A stretch of 64,000 nt of DNA from Mobula hypostoma (taxonomy: Eukaryota): NCBI RefSeq assembly GCF_963921235.1, contig NC_086097.1, forward strand, positions 34,040,001-34,104,000, given 5' to 3'. Numbering within the stretch: position 1 is the stretch's first letter; each line of letters starts with the position of its first letter. Shown one piece after another: positions 52,241-64,000 of this stretch. The position numbers and the translations under genes were made by a program. The notes under the pieces were generated by a model. That model did not search any database. It was not told the origin of the DNA and saw nothing but the letters and a program-made list of their open reading frames with translations.

Positions 52241-52817
52241 TTCCTCATTTCCTTGTTAAATTCCTGGTTCAGTGAATTTATTGAAGTTGAACTAGCATCT
52301 TTATGTCCAGTCAGCAGTCTTTACGTTTTCTCACCTAATGACACTTGTAAACCAATGAGTAGTTGACTTATTTATTTACTTACAGGACAGTACAGAGCTT
52401 AGCCCTGTAAACATAGCTTGGGTGCCTACGGTGTTTTCACAGCACTGTATTTCTCTCTGTGGAATAGAGAGCGAGTTTGTAAAGCTGGTGGGAGCAAGGA
52501 ATGGTGGAAATGGCAAGGGTGGAGTGTCGCAGGAGGAGTGTGGGATTGGAGGCATAGTAGGAATGCTGGAGTGGGTGCAGTCACAGGAAAGGTCATTTGA
52601 TTCCAAACAATTGGTTTGTTAATAATTACAGAATGTCTCTCTGGTCCTCCCTTCCCCTTGCCCATCCCCTTTTCTCTACCATAATTCCCCTCTCCCTGCC
52701 CCTTCCCACTCTCAGTCCACAATAGAGACCCATATCAAAATCAGGTTTATCATCACGTACCTACATCATGAAGTTTGATTCTTTTTATGGCAGCAGTAGA
52801 GTGCAATACATAAAATT

Positions 52818-52886
52818 ACAATACTGTGCAAAGGTCTTAGGCTCCCTAGCTATATACATGTGTCAAAGATTTTTGCACAGCACTGT
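52818..52886. mobile_element. Tiny Tc1-type MITE (hairpin)
   Basis: caatactgtgcaaaggtctt and aagatttttgcacagcactg are imperfect inverted termini. Confidence 0.7.
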
Positions 52887-52889
52887 TTT

Positions 52890-53185
52890 TAGTGATACAG
52901 CATGCGCAGGCCCTTCTGGCCCTTCGAGCCATGCTAAACCAGCAACCCTCGACAAACCTGATTAACCCTAACAATTGGCACGGGACAATTTACAATGACC
53001 AATTAACCTACCCAGTACGTCCTTGGTATGTGGGAGGGGATTGGAGGACCCATAAAAACCCACTCATACTATGGGGAGGACGTACAGAGACTCCTGACAG
53101 GATAGTGCCAGAGTTGAAGTCCGAACTGTGGACACCCGAGCTGTAATAGCATTGCGCTACTTGATATGTTGCCATGGCACCCACG
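52890..53185 (-). mobile_element. V-SINE (HE1-like)
   Basis: gggacaatttacaatgaccaattaaccta...gtgggagg...ggggaggacgtacagagactcc: reverse V-domain with a CR1-like tail. Confidence 0.7.
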
Positions 53186-54444
53186 AGGGAGGCAGGAAAG
53201 CAGGGAGGCTACACTAGAACCTTTTACATTTTATAGGCCGCAGCCTGAGTTCCAACCCACCTGACCTGACCAGAACGTACTAGCCAGGGTCCAGAGGAGT
53301 TCTGTGTGGAAGACTGCAAATTGTAGCTCTGAGGAAAATTGTAATAAATTCGAGCTGTTTTCTTTGCAACACAGGACACTGAGGAAAGACTTGACTGGCC
53401 CATCTGATAATGAGGGCAGAGATAATATAAACAGGGAGGGACCCATTTCCCCTGGTGGGTTTCAGGTCAAAAACAAGGCATGGATTTAAAGTAATTGATG
53501 GAAGGATTAAAAAGGACATGAGGAGAAAGATTTTTTTCCCCACACAAAGGGGAAATGAACACTGTGTTGTTGATGCTCTCATTTTTAGTTCTGAATCCTT
53601 CAATGTAAATTAATTTTGTAACAACCATTTTTTTTGGAAATCCATAGCTACTGCTTGGTGTTAATATTAAGCTCCTGCTTTTAAGAAAACAAAGAAAGTA
53701 ACAGCTCGTCAAAATCAGGTTTATTATCGCCGGCATGTGTTGTGAAATTTGTTATCTTAGCAGCAGCAGTTCAATGCAATACATAATATAGAAGAAGAAA
53801 AAATAATCATAATAAATAAAAATGTAAATCAATTATATAATGAATAATGAGAAGATTTTTTATTACAGTTAATCATGATAGTTAGCCATTTAGTCACATC
53901 CTTCCTAGTTTATAATCCATACAAGTTAGGAAAATACTCGTCATATCTATTGATTTAATGCAGGAATAACAAATAGCGGAGGGATTTCAGAATAGAGGTG
54001 CTGTACTTTTTTTATTATTTGAGGCTTTGGAGTTCTGTATGCTGTGAACTTATGGGTCCTTAGTATAACTTTATATAGTGCAAGTAATTGCATCATAGTG
54101 TTTAACTTTCTTATCACTCCTATTATTTGATTTTCCAAAAACAGTTATTTTCTATGTCACCAAATGGAGTGAAGCCAATTGGCCCTTCAAATTTATGTTA
54201 GGTCTCAAAGTATTTCCATCAGTCACATTCCTGCCCATTAGCTGCTCCTTGGATCTCCAGCCACTAGGGGCAATCTACAGTCACCAATTGACCTCATGTC
54301 TTTGGCAGCACCCAGGGGAAATCCCATGCTGACTCAACGAGAACAATGGAAATCCCAGACAGACAATGCTGGAGGTTCGGACTGAATCTCGAATACTGGT
54401 ACTGTTCGGCAGCTGCTCTACTGGACCACTGTGATCTTTTGTCT

Positions 54445-54579
54445 CACACATCAAAGTTGCTGGTGAACGCAGCAGACCAGGCAGCATCCCTAGGAAGAGG
54501 TACAGTTGACATTTCAGGCCGAGACCCTTCGTTGATGTGTGTTGCTTGAATTTCCAGCATCTGCAGAATTCCTGTTGTT
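54445..54579. mobile_element. 135-bp Penelope pLTR insertion with internal inversion
   Basis: Perfect 15-bp TSD tgtgatcttttgtct (54430-54444 and 54580-54594). Left part is an inverted pLTR; right part is the forward pLTR end. Confidence 0.9.
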
Positions 54580-55345
54580 TGTGATCTTTTGTCTGCCTGG
54601 TTGCCGCTTGCAAAGTAATTATTGGAGGTTTATATTATTATAAAGTATTGGAAGTTATGGTCATTGTGAGTGAGCATATTCCTTCTTCAATGTGAGTCAC
54701 TGTCAGAAGAAACTCTGATCCACACAGTCGTTACCTCCTGACCATCCCAAAACTCTTTTGTTTGTGCTGCCCCATCTTGCATTCTCCGTAACGTTTGGCT
54801 CATCCAAAGACTTTCAGCAGCTTATTCTGTTTCACACCATGTCTTACTTGGCTGCCACTGTAACCTCACAAAATCTGCAATGGCTACCACTCCCTCGACG
54901 TTTGAAAGTGAAAATGATCAAGCTCGAGGTTAAATGATTTTCTAGCTTTGCTGCTCACGGTTGGTGTAACATTCTCCTCCTGACTTATAAATTCTCCCCA
55001 CTTTCCTTTGATTTTAGGCTCATAAGGCTTCCTTCACACCTTGTCAAAAATATTATTCATTATTCAAGGCTTAATTACCATTGGCAAGACCAACATAATT
55101 CACAATCTTGACAAGAAGGTGCTGAGACACCTTCAAGTGTTTTATACTCCAGGTACAAGCTGTTGGTTGAGGATTTCAGGATTCAGACCCAGCAACAATG
55201 AACGGTCCAGGTTAGGATAGTGCCCGACCTGAAGGCAAACAACTGCCCCCACTGAGCTAAGGCTGGCAGAGATGTGCCACAGGAACAAGCTGTCAAAATA
55301 GGCTAGATAAATGGATGGCTTGTTCATATTACTGGTCAAACTGCG

Positions 55346-57505
55346 AAGTAAAATTTATTATCAGAGTACGTACATGTCACCACATAAAACCCTGAGATTC
55401 TTTTTCTGCTGGCATACTTAGCAAATCTATAGAACAGTAACTGTAAACAGGAACAGAATAAATAAATAACAATAAATAATGAGCATGAAGTATATAATAG
55501 TCTGTAAATGAGTGTAGTTATCCCCTTTTGTTCAATAGCCTGATGGTTGAGGGGTAGTAACTGTTCTTGAACCTGGTGCTGTGAGCCCTGAGGCTCTTGT
55601 ACCTTTTACCTGATGGCAGTAGCAAGAAAAGAGCCTGGCCTGGGTGGTGAGGATCTTTGATGATGGATGCTGCTTTTCTACGGCAACATTTCATGTCGAT
55701 GTGCTCGATAGTTGGGAGGGTTTTACTCGTGATATACTGGGCCGAATCCATGACCTTTTGTTGCATTTTCCACTCAAAGGAATTGCTGTTCCCATACCAA
55801 GCTGAAATGCAGCCAGTCAGCACTTCTATAGAAGTTTGCCAAGGTTTTTGATGATATGCCGAATCTCCACAGACTTCTGAGGAATAGAGGTGCAGTCGTG
55901 CTTTCTTTGAAATTATATTTACATGATGGGTCCAGGACAGGTCCTCTGAGATGGTGACTCCCAGAAATTTAAAGTTACTGACGCTCTCCACCTCTGATCC
56001 TTCAATGATTACTGGCTCATGGACCTCTGGTTTCCCTCTCCTGAAGTCCACAATCAGTTCCCTGGTCTTATTGATATTGAGCGAGAAGTTGTTATTACAC
56101 CACCCAGTCAAATTTTCAATCTCCCTCCTGTATGTTGATTCATCACCCCCTTTGATGCAGACAACAACAGTGGTGTCGTCAGTAAACTTGTACATGGTGT
56201 TGGAGCTGAACTTAGCCACACAGTCACAGGTGTAAAGTGAGTAGAGCGGGGGGCTAAGTACACCTCCCTGTGGTGCTCCAATGCTGATGGAGATTGTGGA
56301 GGGGATGTTTTTGCCAATCTGAACTGACTGGAGTCTAGAAGTGAGGAAACCCAGGATCCAGTTGAGGGCCAGGACTTGGAGTTGACTGATTAGTTTTGAG
56401 GTGATGATTGTATTAAATGCTAAGCTGTAATCGATAAAGAGCTTCCTGATGTATGCATCTTTGCTGTCCAGATGTTCCAGGGATGTGTGAAGAGCCAACA
56501 AGAAAGCACCTGCTGTAAACCTGTTGATTCAGTAGGCAAAATGGAGCAGGTTCAAGTCGCCACTCAGACAGGAGCTGATATGCTTCAACACCAGCCTCTG
56601 CAAAAACCCTTCATCACTGTGGATGTAAGTGCCACTGGGCGATAGTCATTTCGACAGGTTACCATGCTCTTCTAGGGTGCTGCTACGATTGAAGCCTGCT
56701 TAAAGCAGGTGAGTACCACATACTGCCGGAGCAAGAGGTTGAAGATATCGGAAAATACACCAGCCAGCTGGTCAGCACAGGTCTTCAGTACTCAGCCAGG
56801 TAATCTGTCCGGAGCGGATGCTTTCCTTGGATTTGCTCTCTTGAAGGCAGCCCAAAAGATCATTTGGGAGACATGGGGGTGTGCGATGTTTCCTCCCTGT
56901 TCTGGTGGTCACAGTGAACGTAGAATGAATTCAGCTCATCAGAAAGCGAAGCTCTACTGTCCACTATGTCACAAGATTTAGCTTTGTAGGAAGCTATGGC
57001 ATTCAAACCCTGCCAAAGCTGTCAAGCATCCCTCGTTGATTCCAGTCTAGTCTGGAATCTCCACTTTGCCCGAGAGATAGCTTTCTGGAGATCGTACCTG
57101 CACCTCTTGTAGCATTCTTGATGTCCAGACTTGAATGCCTCTGATCTGGCTCTCAGCAGGTTCCAGATTTCATTGGACATCCAGGGCTTCTGTTCGGGGT
57201 AAACCCTGAATGATTTTGTGGGGACACTCTCATCCACAGCTATTTTAATAAAGTCGGTAACCATCCTGGTGTAGTCATTTAGGTCCTCAGACGAGGTTTT
57301 GAACACGGCCCAGTCCACTGACTCAAGGCAATCCTGTAACCGTTCCTCTGCCTCCCGCGACCGCCTCTTGCTTTTCTTGATTTCTGGAGTCTTGGTCTTA
57401 AGGCTCTAACTGTATGCATATAGCTAACTGATGCGACTTGCCAAAATGTGATCTCAGCGAGGAAGAACAGGCATTCCTTATCATAGTGTAGCAGTGGTCT
57501 ATTGC
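55346..57505 (-). mobile_element. Rex1/Babar LINE, 5'-truncated, with a 327-codon RT/C-terminal ORF
   Basis: ORF 55518-56501: LFIDYSLAFNTI, GAPQGGVLSPPLYSLYT, YKFTDDTTVV, FKFLGVTISEDLSW. Upstream YPEQKPWM (57022-57318). Confidence 0.93.
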
Positions 57506-59898
57506 GCTTGAAATACTTTTTCTTAAATTTTCAAAAATAAACTTTGGTCATAAAATGTATTTACAGAAAAAACAGTGCAAAGCCATTTACATTCTTAGTG
57601 TCACTTGGTCAATACATTCAATCGTATTAATGATTGTTTATTTAAACCATGGCACCATTGCCATTCATGTGGCCCTGTTGAGGTAATAAACCTATTCATA
57701 AATTGGAGGGCTTCTCCACACGACTCAACCCCTCTGGCAAGTAGCAGGAGGAGCCGAGACTGCAATCCATCCCCACAGAGCCCCTGCATTCGATTACACA
57801 TCCACAAATCTGAATTTTACTTATTTAACCTACCCACCACCCCTCCTCCCTCATTTCCTCCTGTAATACACATCATACTTTTGGTCACCAAACATGTCCC
57901 ACATCTGACAATCTGTTGCTCTGTCATTAAGAAAAAAATTAAAGAGTGTATGAAATGCTCTGATGCATTTTTCTGCCTCATAAAGGCATGTTATGCTGCT
58001 AAATAAACTTAGCTGTAAGAAATCAATTACAACTATTCCAAATTGATAGTTCATGGTAAAATAGTTTAATTCGATTATACTCTATTATGTCAATCCATTA
58101 AAATGAGTGAAATACATTGTGATGATGGGTGCTTTAATTTTTGAATAATTTAGTATATATACAATCAGTATAATCACCATTGCCTTCAAATTCCTCTTTA
58201 AATTGTACACTCTCCTAGGGATATGCATCCACACGCAATAATCATTGTTGGATTTAAACACCCTACCCAGCAATGCTGATTTAGACCCTGAAAAACTGCA
58301 GTGGTTCAAGAAGGCAGCACATCACTCCTGTCTTGAGCATAGTTTAGTAAAATGTACAGATACTGACATCCTGCCACTCAATCAAAAAAGAAACATCACT
58401 CTGTATATCTGCTGACATACTTGACAGAATGACTAATAGTTCACATTAAGAGTTTAATGTCTTATTGTTTAACGTGCTTGTGTAACATATTACAAATAAT
58501 GAGAAATCTTATTTGCTTTCATGTGATTATATCCCTGCAGTCTGAGTACGACTGAACAAAAAAGTAAGCCAAACAAACAGCTTCCAAGGGCAAAGGATGC
58601 ATTGTCCGTGAAATACTGTGGTATCACGCTAATCAAATGACTCAAGGCCTCGTGATTTTTATACAGCTTCGTAAGAAGTTGCACTTCTTTCAAGAGAAAT
58701 GCTGTAATAAAAGTCTTTTCATACTTAACACTAATAAGTAGTTAGCTGGAAAATAAAGATGAATTTATTTCTAATATGAGGAAAGAATGTTTGGGAGTTC
58801 TGGCACAGCTCAGTGATGATTATATTGAATGGTGGTTCAGATCTGACGGGACCTACTCCTTCTCCTGTTCTGTTTTTGAGCCAGCGATGGCTCAGCTTCA
58901 TGAAAACCATCTCACATAGAGCTGTAATTGGAGAAACAGAAGGATTCTGTGGATCACGTACAGCAACCGTCTTTGTTCACCTTGGCAAGTTTACACAGAT
59001 CAAAAGAACCATGACTTAATTACCAAATAGAGTTTCACATGTTATCACATCACAAATAATGGACCCAGGGAAATATCCTCTGGGATAACTCTGAAGAATT
59101 TACATCTTTCAAAATTTAAGCGGGGTAAACATTTTTTAAAAAGGAGCTGAAGGGTGTTACTATAGACAATTTGCTGCTCTAATGTGTAGCTCGAAGTTGC
59201 AAATGATTTGTGCCAGGGCTGAAATACCCCATTTTGGTCTTGCACAACAAATTAATTCAATGGATGAAGAGGGTATAAGATGTGTTGCAGTGTGGAACAT
59301 TCTGAGGTACTAAAGTTGAATTTTAGTGGAGATTGTTTCAGAGGACAGGTGGAAAAGAAACAAAATCCTTGCCTTTTGTCTGTTCTTAATAGATTCTGAA
59401 ACAAGCCATACACTGAAGCAGCCCCGAATCTGTTGTAATAGATGAATGATGATTAGCAGGTAACTTCCCCACAGGAGAGGTTTCACACTGTGCTGAAGAA
59501 CGTTCCCAGGAGACGAATGTAGTCTCCACATACAGTGTATGTTAACTAATAGTTGATGAGGAAAGAGTTTGAAGTCCTAAAGAGAATACTTTGTCAAAGT
59601 AAATGATAAAGAGTCTTCTTCAAATTCATTCAACTTGATTGAATCTTAAAGCAAATTACACAGCCAGCCACACAGCTCTTACGGATTCCATACTGACAAA
59701 ACCCGACTTTGCAGCTGCCACTGAAATTTGCATTTAAACAAAGACAGCTTTCCAACAATGCTGGACACATCGTGCATTTGCATTCAGCCATTCACCAGAT
59801 GAAGTGCAGGATGGGTATTTTATAAATTCCTATGTTATAAAGGTCAGCCTAAAAGGCTGGGATTCAGAATATTGAGATATACAAAATCCTAAAAGTAG

Positions 59899-59977
59899 AG
59901 TCTCGGCCTGAAACGTCGACTGCACCTCTTCCTAGAGATGCTGCCTGGCCTGCTGCGTTCACCAGCAACTTTGATGT
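59899..59977 (+). mobile_element. Short Penelope pLTR insertion (5'-truncated hammerhead)
   Basis: gtctcggcctGAAAcgTCgactgcacctcttcctagagatgctgcc; possible TSD aagtag (59893-59898 and 59978-59983). Confidence 0.8.
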
Positions 59978-60061
59978 AAGTAGCAACTAGATTGCTTATT
60001 CCTCAGAAAGGAATTCTGGAACTGCTGGATGCAGTTGGCTATTTTGGTCTGGACTCATAGA

Positions 60062-60348
60062 TAACGTTCCCTCTAAGGTGTGTGCATGTGCACGCACACA
60101 CATCTTTTGCTACTAGCACACAATGGAGTTTACCTTTACCTCGATAACATGTTACGTATACAGCATTTCACAATCGTGCACAATCACATTTCCTTTTCCG
60201 ATTTCTGATGCGGACGGTGTTGACAACGTGGAGTTTGTGCAGACTTTAGAACTGGCTTATTTATGCTGTTTTTATTGAGGAAATTATTCAGTGTGCCTAG
60301 GACAAGATTTTTGTGCACACTGGTCATTACAAATTAGAAGGAACATTG
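60062..60348. mobile_element. hAT-superfamily MITE
   Basis: TIRs taacgttccctctaa and ttagaaggaacattg; 8-bp TSD ctcataga / ctcattga (7 of 8 match). Confidence 0.8.
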
Positions 60349-60392
60349 CTCATTGAGCTGTGAATCTTTGGAAATGGTCCTCCTCTCAAGGC

Positions 60393-60674
60393 AAACACAA
60401 GGAATTCTGCAGATGCTGGAAATTCAAGCAACACACCTCAAAGTTGCTGGTGAACGCAGCAGGCCAGGCAGCATCTCTAGGAAGAGGTACAGTCGACGTT
60501 TCAGGCCGAGACCCTTCGTCACCCCCACCGATGACCCCTTCTCCCGTCTTCAACCCTCCTCCTCTACATGGACACCCCGCTCTGGTCTTCTGCCTGCTCT
60601 GGATCTCTTTATTGCTAGTCCTGATGAAGGGTCTCGGCCTGAAACATCGCCTGTACCTCTTCCTAGAGATGCTG
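60393..60674. mobile_element. Penelope-derived mini-element: two inverted pLTR arms around a short ORF-like fragment
   Basis: 13-bp TSD ctcctctcaaggc (60380-60392 and 60675-60687). Arms at 60393-60521 (-) and 60616-60674 (+). The centre reads PTDDPFSRLQPSSSTWTPRSGLLPALDLFIA, resembling the N-terminal region of the Penelope ORF. Confidence 0.88.
60617..60652 (+). ncRNA. Minimal type I hammerhead ribozyme motif (best-preserved core in the window)
   Basis: agtc CTGATGA agg-gtctcgg-cct GAAA ca TC gcct. Both core boxes and stem II are intact; two substitutions relative to the family consensus (cgTC gact). Confidence 0.7.
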
Positions 60675-63414
60675 CTCCTCTCAAGGCTGTGGATTCACAC
60701 TAAGTTGAGTATATTTGAGGTTGGGATGATTGGACTTTGTACAGCAAGAAAAGCAAAATGGGGATTGTCTGTGAAATTGAACGTGAGAAAAACCAACAGT
60801 AACAATATTATACAGTACTGGAGTAGGCACAAGGGGTTGTTTGAGTTATTTCTGCTGCTTATTAAATTTCATATATGCATGTTCAAATGTCATTTCTGTT
60901 TTCTCATTGATCAGTAACATATGCAGTATTGGCAGAAACTGGTACTCTGTCTTTAAAACTCATTTCCATCAAATGGAGATGTAATTCTTGCTGGGGCCAA
61001 TGACAAAATGCTGCCAAGGTAATTTCCCAGACTCTCAAAGAGTGAGCGTGTGTTTTGTTTACACCGACATGGCAAACTAGAACATTGCTTTTCTCCCCTA
61101 TATTGATCCAATTTTATCAAAAATAACTCTTTAATGAGAAAGAAAAAGTTAAACAGATATTTAGAGAGGGAATTTAGGTCCTGGAGTTGAAGGCATGACC
61201 CCCTCAGGTGAAGAGATTAAGATGTGGGATAATCATATTTGAATAAAGATCTACATAAAATGTTGATAACTATCTGTATAAACCATCCAGGTCAAGCATG
61301 ATATTGTCTTTCCACATGTCATAGCCAATGACACTTATTGCCTTTGATGCCTTGACTTTTAATCCTTTTCCTACTCAAAGACACTCTCTCCAATGAATTC
61401 CAAGCTGAATTCCATGCCATCTCTGTCACTAAACCTATTAATAATATTCACAGAAACTCCTCTCATCAATGCTTAACGTTCCCCTGTTTACTTCTGTTCA
61501 ATTAAATCTACCCATTTCCATATCTCTCCATCCTTTTGCAGGAGATGAGAACATTGGAACTCCTTCCAAGCTTAGAAAACCAAAGCTTTTTGTCATCTAC
61601 TCTCTACAAGTCTGTTGGTGTCTTGTACAATGAATCAAAGCCCTTTGCCCTGATTTCTAAAATTTTAAAAGAATAAATCAAATCTGAATGATGTACAATG
61701 TTTTATATGGAAAGGATATGATATATCTGTCAGAACTGGTTTGTCACAGTCAATAGTTATATATAAATGGCCCATCTTCAGACAGAGCATAAGTGTCTGA
61801 CACTGGAATGTGTTATGATTGGCTGCATCATGATTTACCATGCAGTGTGATAGATACTGTGACAGCAAAGTGACTTTCATCAGGCAACTCGCTAAGTAGG
61901 TTATCACAAAACTCATGCTCCCTTGGTGTGTTCCATTTAAAGCAGGGATTATAATTTTTTTTCAAAAAATACAAAAGGATAAAACAAGTGAAAAGGAACA
62001 TGTTTAATATAAGGAAATATTTTATTGTGTGAAAACAAGTCTGTAGAGTTACAAGAAGTTATGTTATTGTCATTTGTCATCTCAGTGAAAATATATTAAC
62101 TGTTATAATTTCTTCTCAGGTGTGATGTGAAGAATGCTGGGACAAAAATGAATTGACATTCTAGTAATTTTATTTAGAGGTTAAGATAAGGAAACATTCA
62201 AGCGTTTCCCAAGGGCAAGAGAGAGATGATTAAAATGCGTTATTCATAAATACAATTGTTTATTTTTGATTCTCCTAAAAAAAAAGCGACTCTCTGCAAT
62301 GCACTTCATCATCTAATGCAGGATGCAACTGATGCCAGGACAGTTTCTACAGCTGACATGTTTGAAGAGTCATTGTTGTACCATGCAGGAGATTTCATTC
62401 TTTAAGGAAGAATAATCTTTAAATCCTCCATTTTTCAATTTTCAAGAATTCACACGAAAATGGTTCTAATTATACACTGTCAGGAATGTCAGACTCATCA
62501 TTCAGTGAGATTTTGATTTGATACCACATTTAGTACTGTGAGCGCTGATCTTAATTGGAATAGGATTTAGCCAGATAAGACAAACCTACAGCTAAATGCT
62601 CTCGACATGGGGCTGAAGTATTTTAACTCCTGAGGCTCAAACTGAAGCTGGAAGCCAGTGATGATGTCCTTCGAACCTGGTAAAATTCAAGACCGCAGCG
62701 AGTTGCTTAATTTGTAGTCATATAAACGGAAGCTGGTTATCCTGATTGCACGAATGACTATGATGAATGCAAGAAAATTACACCACCACGGGAGTGGAAT
62801 TCATTCAAAGACTAAAGCAGCTTTTATGTCACTGCCGTTTCCCAGTGCAGAGATCAAATGAAAATCTGTAGGTAATCTAGAATCTTAAACTGACTTCCAG
62901 TAAGGTCTTTCTGTTGGCAGATTCTCCTACCAACAGGACTTACTTACTTAGTGCCACAGGAGAATTGCTTAAGATAGATAGGTAAAGCACTGCAGAAATC
63001 AGACGCCAAAAATCAGAAATAAAAACAGAAAGCAGCAGATGTACCCAGCTTGAAAAACAGCACCTGGACACAGTGAGTGTGAGCTCACGCTGTAAGTCAG
63101 TGAGTTCTGATGAAAACTCATCTCTGAATAGACTTACACAATGAAGAATTTCCTTTCTTTCTCACTTACTTTGTGCTTTTATTTTAATTTGAAACTACCA
63201 TCTCTCTTTCAGATAGAACACACCAGATGCGGTACATGTTGGTTTTTGAAATATCCCAATGAATGAGGTCAAAAGGCCATTGGCTGTTGTGTTGCCATGG
63301 CTATGGGGGCAACGTAAGGGGTGATTGTGAGGTCCAGTACCACCCAGCCCATTACTTAAATCAACTATCAACAATATAATAAATATCTCATCATCATTTC
63401 CTCTCTTCCTTTTA

Positions 63415-63855
63415 GAAACATAGAACATAGAAATCTACAGCAGATTACAGGCCCTTCGGCCCACAATGTTGTGCCGACCATGTAACCTACTCTAAAAGCT
63501 GCCTAGAATTACCCTACCGCATAGCGCTCTATTGTTCTAAGCTCCATGTACCTATCTAAGAGTCTCTTAAAAGATCCTATTTTATCTGCCTCCACTACTG
63601 TGAAGGCAGTGCTTTGCACACACCCATCACTCACTGTGTGAAAAACTTACCTCTGACATTCCCCTTGTATCTACTTCCAAGCACCTTAAAATTATGCCCC
63701 CTCGTGTTAGCCATTTCAACCCTGGGAAAAGCCTCTGACTATCCACACGATCAATGCCTCCCATCATCTTATACAGCTCTATCAGGTCACCTCTCATCCT
63801 CCGTCACTGCAAAGAGTACAGTCAACCTATTTTCATAAGGGATGCTCCCCAATCC
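63415..63855 (-). mobile_element. CR1 3' fragment
   Basis: Tail tagaaacatagaacatagaaatctacagc; same family as 901-1450. Confidence 0.88.
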
Positions 63856-64000
63856 ATTTTATCCCTCTATGACTTGTTCAGCCTTACATTCTCAATATCT
63901 CTGTGAATATTTCAGATTTCCAATATTTTCCGAGAGCAAGGAGCGACCCGAGATCTGGACGATTTAAGCGATCAGGCCAGATTGAAATGGTCGGGGAGTC

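Noticed and set aside
55518..56501. 327-aa ORF as a functional gene
   Set aside because: Rex1 RT fragment with an altered catalytic motif (FTDD) and frameshifted segments.
62654..62749. GTGATGA...CTGA resembling a C/D box snoRNA
   Set aside because: Antisense to the host gene, imperfect terminal stem, and no recognisable rRNA guide.
1..64000. CRISPR arrays, operons or prokaryotic defence systems
   Set aside because: No regularly spaced repeat-spacer array or dense gene packing; the content is vertebrate intron plus transposons.

Overview
Vertebrate nuclear DNA, not prokaryotic. The repeat families (CR1, Rex1/Babar, Penelope, V-SINE/HE1-like, Deu-domain SINE) suggest a cartilaginous fish, probably a ray; this is inference from pattern recognition, not a search. 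The only host coding sequence I can support is one 77-bp minus-strand exon (23210-23286) encoding (A)IHEFPSDLFTNKERQHGGVLLHIAG, which matches the K+-dependent Na+/Ca2+ exchanger NCKX4 (SLC24A4). The rest of the window is therefore probably two long introns filled with nested, mostly decayed transposons. Most ORFs in the track are retroelement fragments or chance ORFs. The most interesting signal is a family of Penelope-like pseudo-LTRs and short TSD-flanked derivatives carrying a minimal type I hammerhead ribozyme motif (consensus agtc-CTGAYGA-agg...cct-GAAA-cg-TC-gact), often as inverted pairs. No single copy here matches that consensus perfectly. Hammerheads in Penelope elements are already known, so I do not claim a wholly new system. 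Repeat boundaries are by eye and approximate unless a TSD is given.
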